Source of the DNA: the human T2T-CHM13v2.0 reference genome, Homo sapiens
Reading direction: 5' to 3' (one strand)
Length of the DNA: 64,000 nt
Assembly: GCF_009914755.1 (NCBI RefSeq)
Contig: NC_060945.1
The notes under the pieces were generated by a model that did no database searches, was not told where the DNA came from, and was given only the letters and a program-made list of their open reading frames with translations. Positions 56,287 to 64,000 of the stretch are shown here, piece by piece. How positions within the stretch are numbered: position 1 is the first letter of the stretch; each line of letters begins with the position of its first letter. The translations under genes and the position numbers were made by a program.

Positions 56287-56488
56287 CAGTTATTCCCAAT
56301 CAAGAGTGATATTACCTGCTAGGGACATTTCGTGATGTCTGGAGACATCAAAGCTGTGGGGAGCATGCTCTTAGCATCTGGTGGGTGGAGGCCAGGGATG
56401 CTGCTGAACATGCCTCAGTGCACAGGACAGCCACCACAAAGACTTATCTGGCCCATGTGTCAATAGCACTGAGGCTGAGACATTCCTG
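56287..56488 (+). mobile_element. MER20
   Basis: gggacattt..gatgtctggagacat...gaggccagggatgctgct...atgtcaatagcactgaggctgaga. Confidence 0.9.
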
Positions 56489-56693
56489 TATGTGGATGTG
56501 ATATGATTTTATAATTAAATTACATAAGTATAGAAAATGTGTGGAAGCTCACACACCAGGTTGTCCACGTAGCTCATCTAGCAAGAGATGGAGGCGGGGA
56601 TGAAGGCTGAGATGCTAGTGGAGAGGAAGTAGTAGTAGACGGAGGTGCCCAGGGTAGGGTCAGCTTTATAATACAATCTTATCTCTTATATCT

Positions 56694-57058
56694 TGTTATG
56701 CTTCGGCTCTGTGTCCCCACCCAACTCTCATCTTGTAGCTCTCATAATTCTCACGCACTGTGGGAGGGACCCAGTGGGAGATGATTGAATCATGGGGGTG
56801 GGTCTTTCCCATGCTGTTCTTGTGATAGTGAATGCGTTTCATGAAATCTGATGGTTTTAAAAAGGGAAGTTTCCCTGCACAAGCCCTCTCTTTGCCTGCC
56901 GTCATCCACGTAAGATGCGACTTGCTCCTCCTTGCCTCCCGCCATCATTGTGAGGCCTCCCCATAAATGAAACTGTAAGTCCAATTAAACCTCTTTCTTT
57001 TGTAAATTGCCCAGTCTCGGGTATGTCTTTATCAGCAGTGTGAAAACAGACTAATACA
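56694..57058 (+). mobile_element. THE1 (A/B-type) solo LTR
   Basis: tgtgtccccaccca...tttccctgcacaagc...aaacagactaataca; TSD tatct/tacct. Confidence 0.9.
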
Positions 57059-58883
57059 TACCTGTATCAAATTACCTTGAAATTATTACTGTCATGTTTC
57101 TTTTTGTTCCTTAGATGCAGCAAAGTAAAGGCATAACTTTAAAATTTCACTAAACCACACTCTTCCCAGATAAAAGAAAAATAAACCCAACTTGGAAGGA
57201 AACCCCAACTTAAAGGCCATCAAAGGGAGAGAAATGATAACAGCCAGCCTGGCCTTTGGCCAATCTTTGTACAATATTGCTTCGATTCTCCTAAATAATC
57301 TTGTTGATTTCAATTAATTTGAACTGGCCTCACCCTCTTCCACTGTTCATATAAGTAGTGTGGTATTTTTATTACACAATAGGGAATTTAATTTTAAATA
57401 GAGCAGAGCACCAAAAATATGAAAAGTCACTCATTAACTTTGCATAGATGTGAGTATGGCTGGTGTGGTTGTTCCACTTTTCCTGCTAGCAAATCCACAA
57501 GATACACTTCAAAATGAGTATTCTCCCTTATGTCAGACGTGAACCACACCTAGTCAATGCCATTTCTGAATTAAGAAGTAGTACTTTTTGTCATCTTTCC
57601 TAAACTGTTAGTCTTCAGGTGTTTTGTGTAGATCTTAGCAAAGTCACAGAGCTTCATTGTATTCTGAGTAAACCCCTCTTTGATGTAAGCCCTTGTGAGG
57701 CTTGTATATGGCTATATGGCATTACTGTCAGACATCAGCACCACCAAGAAAAAGTACCTATTCTCACTAAATGCCACATGTCAGGTTCCTGCATACACAT
57801 AAAATGCCAGGAATGCAGAGGGTGATATGGGAGGCCAAACCGATCCTCACTGTTCATCAGAGGAAAAGAACATTTTTTTTGTACTCCTATTTCTAACTCT
57901 TCCCAGGCCCTTGTCCCTTGATTCCATTCACCCTGCTCTCACTGGGGTGATAAATTCTCCTTCTCTCATTTTTTGCTCCCATTGGTTCTTTTCTCACTCC
58001 TTCCCCATAATTTTATTTTACTGTGGAACATTTCCTTACTGGCCTGTAATGTTTTGTGATTCTCAGCATAAAGTATTTTTCCACCTGAAGTCTCCTTACC
58101 CAAATATCTATCCTCAAGCTATTGTCTGATTGCACTTCCAATCTCATGAAGATACTGTCACTAGTCCGGCCTACATATCCATACTCATTTGTGTGCACTA
58201 AGTGCTTGTTTTCTGATTACCCCTCTGATGAGATGACACCACAACCCTTTGATGCCTACTCTGTTCTGATTCTCAAGGTCTATTTTAACTTTCTTTGTTA
58301 TGTCACAAAACACAGATTATAAGACTATCAGAGTACAGCTGGGAGCACTGGCCCACAGTAGCCAATAGGTTTCAATTCCCCTGCTAATGCCATTCATTGG
58401 AAAGTGTGTTTTTGCAGTGTCCAGAGGAATGCCCCGTGGCGGAGGCCACCATGATGCATCGGCAGTGTTGGCATCGGTAGAAGTGGGTAGTGGCAGTGGA
58501 CATGGCCAGCATCTGTTTATTGTCCCAAAACCAGTCATAAGGGACCTTTTGATGACAGGGAAAATCTAGGGTATATGTGCCTGTTCTATGTACCTGAAGT
58601 GCATTTAAGAGTGTGGATATATACACAGACATGCACACAAACTACCTGTGTGTGTCTCCAATGTGGAAAAGACCAAAGTGTTTGTAAGCTGTAGACAAGA
58701 TACCAGCAGAGATTTCTTCTTGTTTCTTCCATATTTTCCAGTAAAGTCCAAATTCCTTCCTGACATAAACTTCCTCCCTAGCCTTCTGTTGGGCAACTCT
58801 TTGAAGAGCCACCCAGAACATGCTTCTTGCCAGCTCTCATGACTGGTTCCTTCACTGTACGCAAGTGTCTGCTCAAAGGTCAC

Positions 58884-59085
58884 TGTGATGGTTAATATTA
58901 GTGTCAACTTGATTGGATTTGAAGGATGCCTAGATGGCTAGTATTGTTTTTGGATGTGTCTGTGTGAGTGTTGCCAGAGGAGACCGACATTTGAGTAGGT
59001 GGAATGGGAGAGGAAGACCCACCCTCAATGTGGGTTGGCACCACCCAATTGGCTGCCAACATGGCTAGAACAAAGCAGACAGAAG
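58884..59085 (+). mobile_element. MLT2B(3)-type ERVL LTR, 5' ~200 bp only
   Basis: tgtgatggttaatattagtgtcaacttgattgga...gaggaagacccaccctcaatgtggg...gctagaacaaagcag. Confidence 0.9.
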
Positions 59086-60019
59086 GGATTTGCCTTGTCT
59101 CAGATGAGATTTTGGACTTTAGACTTTTGAGTTAATGCTGGAATGAGTTAAGACTTTGAGGGACTGTTAGGAAGGCATGATTGTATTTTGTAATGAGAGG
59201 GACATGAGATTTGAAGGGGCCAGGGCCAGAATGATACAGTTTGAATCTGTGTCCCCACTAAATCTCACGTGGAATTGTAATCCTCAATGTTGGAGGAAGG
59301 GCCTGGTGGAAGGTGGTTGGAATATGGAGGCGGAGTTTCCATGAATGGTTTATCACCATCCCCTTGGTGCTATTCTTGTGATAGTGAGTGAATGAGTTAT
59401 CACAAGACCTGGTTGTTATACAAGTGTGTGGCACCTCCCTACTGTCTCTCTTCCTCCTGTTCCAACCATGTAAGACACCTGCTTCCCCATTACCTTCTGC
59501 CATGATTGTAAGTATCCTGAGGCCCCCCCACAGAAGCAGAAGCCACTTTGCTTCCTGTACAGTCTGCAGAACCATGAGTCAATTAAACCTCTTGATATGG
59601 TTTGGCTGTGTCCCCACCCAAATCTCATCTTGAATTATATCTCCCATAATTCCCACATGTTGTGGGAGGGACCCAGTGAGAGATCATTGAATCATGGCGG
59701 TGGTTCCCCTATACTGTTCTCATTGCAGTGAATAAGTCTCATGAGATCGGATTGTTTGATAAGGGGAAACTCCTTTCGCTTGGCTCTCACTCTTCTCTTG
59801 TCTGCCACCATATGAGATGTGCCTTTCACCTTCCATCATGATTGTGAGGCCTCTCCAGCCACGGGGAACTGTCAGTCCATTAAACCTCTTTTTTTGTAAA
59901 TTGCCCAGTCTTGGGTATGTCTTTATCAGTGGCATGAAAACAGACTGATACACTTCTTTTCTTACAAATTACCCAGTCGCAGTTATTTCCTTATAGCAGT
60001 GTGAGAATGGACTAATACA
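59077..60019 (+). mobile_element. MSTA internal 3' end (to 59231) plus MSTA LTR (59232-60019, split by THE1)
   Basis: ttgccttgtctcagatgag...gagttaatgctggaatgagttaagacttt; LTR ends gagaatggactaataca. Confidence 0.9.
59593..59952 (+). mobile_element. THE1C-type solo LTR nested in the MSTA LTR
   Basis: tgatatggtttggctgtgtcccc...aggggaaactcctttcgcttggctctca...; TSD cctct/cttct. Confidence 0.9.
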
Positions 60020-60877
60020 GTCACCTCCTCAGAGAAGCCATGTTTGACTATTGTATGAACAGTGCCTGGCCCTGCCTCCTGGCTGTTCAGCCCCGGCCTC
60101 ACTCTATTCCATAAGCCAGCATCATTTTCTTCACAGCATGTGTTCGCTTCTGATGTAACACTATCGATGTTTGCTAGGTTATGTGAGTCTTAACCCTGTA
60201 TTCATCCCCTGCCCACACTCACTGTATTGTGATCACCACCATGGGAAGGGCTGGGCTGTCCTCTGGACCAGGCATCTACCACAGGGCAAGGCATGAGGTG
60301 GACACTGGACAGAGGTTCATGCAATTTCTTAGTTGATCTGTTTTCTGTACAGATGAGGAAGAAAGGCTCAGAGAGGTGATACGACCCAGCCAAGGTCACT
60401 CAGCAAATACTAATGACTGAACATTTCATTTGAGCCCAGAATCCTTTGCCCTCAAGTATTGGCTCAGATTTAATTTACTTTGTTTTGTTTTGTCTTTCAG
60501 AAAAAACTATAAATAACTGATGCAGACTGTTTTTTCCCCAAGGGAAGCCCAGAAAAGTGACTGTATATTCTATGAAGAACATAAGTATGTTTCAGTCATG
60601 AGCCAGACATTTTCAAGTAATTCTCAGGAATTCTCAAGGAATTCTGAGTCCTGACCTTCCTCTTCCCATGGTGAACTCAGAGCCACAAAGTCTGCTGCAC
60701 ACGGAGCTTCTATAGATGCAAATCTGAGAACCCTGTTGGCTCAAAGATATCACTGCCGCTTATAATAAGTTGCTTTGCCTCAGCTTCCAAAACCTCACTG
60801 AAAAAGCAGGCTCCAATTCTAATACCTCTTATCCTGAGTCCCTGAGACAAGTCACTTCCTTCCCCCAAGGCCCCCAT

Positions 60878-60935
60878 CATCTCCTTCTCCTTCTTCCTCC
60901 TCCTCCTCCTCCTCCTCCTCTTTTTCTTCTTCCTA
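60878..60935. repeat. (TCC)n/(TTC)n microsatellite
   Basis: Direct observation. Confidence 0.9.
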
Positions 60936-61509
60936 TTCTCTCATTTGGCTCTTCATTTGTGTTTTGATTGTTCCTTGTGCCTAGTTCTTTTATAACATCC
61001 ATGGCACTTCTCACTGTTAGGTATTTGGTTATATACACAGCGAGTATCCTAGATTTTGGAACCAAGCATGTGCCAAGTGCCTTATATGTTACAAAGTTAA
61101 TTTATTTAATCATCCCAATAAATTTATGCAGCCAATATTTGTATCCCAGTTATAAAGATTAAGGCAACTGGGTCTCAGAAAGATGAATTCACTTGCCCCC
61201 TAATAGAGCTCAGAGACAGCCTGTCCCAAAGTCCAGTTCATCTTTTTACATCATTGTAAGTCACTATAATCCCTTTGGGACTTACATGAAATGCAGAATG
61301 GGGAGAGAGTGTAGAGAGAATGGGAGATAGGCAGGCAGTATAGAGGAGGTAAGAGCTTGGGCTTTGGAGTAGACTTCGTGTTTGAATCTTTATGAACTAT
61401 GGACAAGTGATGTAACCATTCCAAGCTTCACAATTCTCTTAAAAGCTTTGCAAATCTGTCTTTCAAAAAGTAAAGAGAGAATAATATTTTCCTGATAAAA
61501 CCGATATAT

Positions 61510-61815
<306 letters not shown>

Positions 61816-62290
61816 GCTGATATAAGATTAAATAATATATAAAATGTATATTTGCCCCCAAGTCTAAAGGATAAGTGATGTGTAAATATATTATCTAGGA
61901 AACACCAGAGGGGCACCAGTGTGTGCATCGGCAGGGCTGAGTATCTGGAGGCCCTGGTGTTGGTCCCGTGTGCAGAACCTTAAGATATAACAAGATAGAA
62001 GTCCTGAGCTGTTCTGACCCTGGAGATGTGGGCTTAACTACAAGTGCATATTCCCATGTCTTTCCCAGCCACTGACAAGCTGGAATGCCTAAGATCGTCT
62101 GGCTGCCAGGAACAGCTGGAAGAACACCAGCATGTGATAGGGGACAGAGATCCAGAGCACTTCAGGAGAACTCGGGGAGCAGGCACCATCTTCCACTGAA
62201 GGGCAGGTTGTTATTAATCGTGGAAAATAATTGTTCTCAAAATCCTGGTTCTCTTAAAATGCAACTACCATATTTCATTTTTCTAGTGAG

Positions 62291-62403
62291 TAGAGTCACC
62301 AAATTTAGCAAATAAAAATGCGGTACAGCTAGTTACATTTGAACTTTAGATAAGCAGTGAGTGAGTTTTTATTGTATTTCTCATGGAGTATTTGGTAAGC
62401 CTA
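62291..62403. mobile_element. MER53, internally deleted
   Basis: tagagtcaccaaatttagcaaataaaaat...agttacatttgaactttagataa...tttggtaagccta. Confidence 0.7.
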
Positions 62404-62744
62404 GCTCTGAGCAATGTTGATTTCTAGGTATCCTTTCTCTAGTTTAACCATCACAGATGTGACTGTGTTGGAAAACATTGGTTCCCAGATGTCATAGGAA
62501 TGGTTGATAAGGGATGGCTCTTAGAACTCTGAATCAAGGAAAGGCCCAGGAACCCACAAGTATTCTACATCTTAACCACTATCCCAAAACAGCATTGCTA
62601 TTGCTATTGCTATTCTTAACTCTCTCTGTAGTGGCAATGAAAATCCCACATTCTGCACATGTGAAGTGTCTCTCCACTGTACATTGTTTCCTTTTAATTT
62701 TCCAAATTCATATTCTTCTCATTAAAATACCAGACACTCACATT

Positions 62745-63021
62745 AAGACAGAGTCTCCGTCTGTGGTTCAGGCAGGAGTGTAGTGGTACAATCATAGCTC
62801 TCTGCAGCCTTGACTTTCTGGGCTCAAGCAGTCCTCCCAACTCAGCCTCTTCCCTGGTAGCTGGACTATAAATAAGCATGTGCCACAATGCTCAGCTACT
62901 TTTTAAATTTTTTGTACAGACCGGCTCTCGCTATGTTGCCCAGGCTGGCCTCAAACTCCTGAACTCAAGCAATCCACCTACCTCAGCCTCCCAAAATGTT
63001 GGAATTACACTGCGCCCAGCT
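62745..63021 (-). mobile_element. AluJ without a visible polyA tail
   Basis: agacagagtctc...ctgcagccttgac...ctgcgcccagc. Confidence 0.9.
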
Positions 63022-63177
63022 CTTTTTTCTAAATAAATAAACAACACTTCGATTTCTGTTTTTAATCACCCCATCCCCATACGAGATCACTATTAATCGT
63101 GGTTGAAATTTCCCACAAAGTCAGTGTTGTCTTGCTTTGCACTATCAAAAGTTACCCTTATGGCCTACAAGGAATTA

Positions 63178-63257
63178 TCGGGTTGGTGCAAAAGTCACTG
63201 TGATTTAAGCCATTACTTTCAATGGCAAAAACAGCAGTGACTTTTGCACCAACCTAA
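63178..63257. mobile_element. MADE1 (Hsmar1 MITE), full-length 80 bp
   Basis: Palindromic ggttggtgcaaaag...cttttgcaccaacc; TA TSD at 63176-63177 and 63258-63259. Confidence 0.95.
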
Positions 63258-63802
63258 TACAAATATTTACGATTTTGATGTGACTTCTTTAAACGTCTGA
63301 ATACCCCAAATGTGTATTTAAAAAACTACTTTGAAACATTTTAGGTAAGTATGTATGAGTCAAAACATCTGTGAGGGGGAAAATGACAATTTATCTGTAT
63401 TTCAAAGATCCTATCTCCAACTTTACCGAGGTACAACTCGCGAAGGGCAGTGAGAGACTGTCGCAGTTTTGAGTCTGGTTTCATGTCTCTATTCTACCCA
63501 TATGTGGAGGTCATCTGATAAGCATGGGTCACCCTCATGGCAGGAGCAGTTCCTTATCCATGCTCATGGCCCTAACAGTGATCTTTCACACCATTCCTTG
63601 GGCAGAAACACATTTAATTATTGTTATGCAAGAAATGTATCCTTGCAAACCACTGAACTTGTCACAAGGTGGTTTGTAAACATTTCTCATGCAAATAACC
63701 CTCTGGTGACTGAGAGCAGTCCCTTCCAGGGCCTCTTTCCTGCAGTGCTGATTCAGTGGGGCGGGGGTGGCTGGCTCTCAAGGAGGGCCCAGGATCCCGC
63801 AT

Positions 63803-64000
63803 TGTTTTTTTGTTTGTTTGTTTTGTTTGTTTGTTTGTATTTTTTATTATTATCCTTTAAGTTCTAGGGTACATGTGCACGACGTGCAGGTTAGTTACGT
63901 ATGTATACATGTGCCATGTTGGTGTGCTGCACCCATTAACTCGTCATTTAACATTAGGTATATCTCCTAATGCTATCCCTCCCCCCTCCCCCCACCCCAC
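63803..64000 (-). mobile_element. Young L1PA 3' end with (TTTG)n tail, running off the window
   Basis: agggtacatgtgcac...ggtgtgctgcacccattaactcgtcatt. Confidence 0.95.

Larger units (their letters stand above)
58800..60330 (-). mobile_element. L2 fragment hosting the LTR chimera
   Basis: gctcaaag-gtcac-ctcctcagagaagcc is restored when 58884-60019 and one TSD copy are removed. Confidence 0.65.

Noticed and set aside
58445-58480. GCCACCATG Kozak context
   Set aside because: Opens only a 9-codon ORF (MMHRQCWHR); no promoter or transcript evidence
63330-63350. Second AG|GTAAGT recursive-like motif
   Set aside because: Pyrimidine tract too weak (ttgaaacattttag)

Overview
This is primate genomic DNA, very probably human or ape, since AluY and young L1PA 3' ends are present. 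It is intergenic or deep-intronic and repeat-dense. I find no credible protein-coding gene: the ORF track is explained by Alu, L1 and LTR sequence, low-complexity DNA and a decayed HERV-L gag. The window holds Alus, L1, L2, MIR, hAT/mariner MITEs (MER20, MER5, MER53, MER96B, MADE1) and many ERVL/MaLR/ERV1 LTRs, including an internally deleted HERV-L provirus nested in a MER34 LTR and a two-LTR MSTB provirus. The best lead is at 58884-60019, where a chimera starts as an ERVL (MLT2B-type) LTR and ends as a MaLR (MSTA) internal+LTR, bounded by one perfect 5-bp TSD. It may be a fossil of ERVL/MaLR co-packaging and template switching. Other leads are an 87-nt fold-back palindrome in one MSTB LTR, a MADE1 with compensatory stem changes, a 145-bp local duplication that preserves an Alu empty site, a twin-primed L1, an L1 inserted inside a candidate exon and a recursive-splice-like site. 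Subfamily names come from my recall of consensus sequences, not from a database search, and old-repeat boundaries are approximate.
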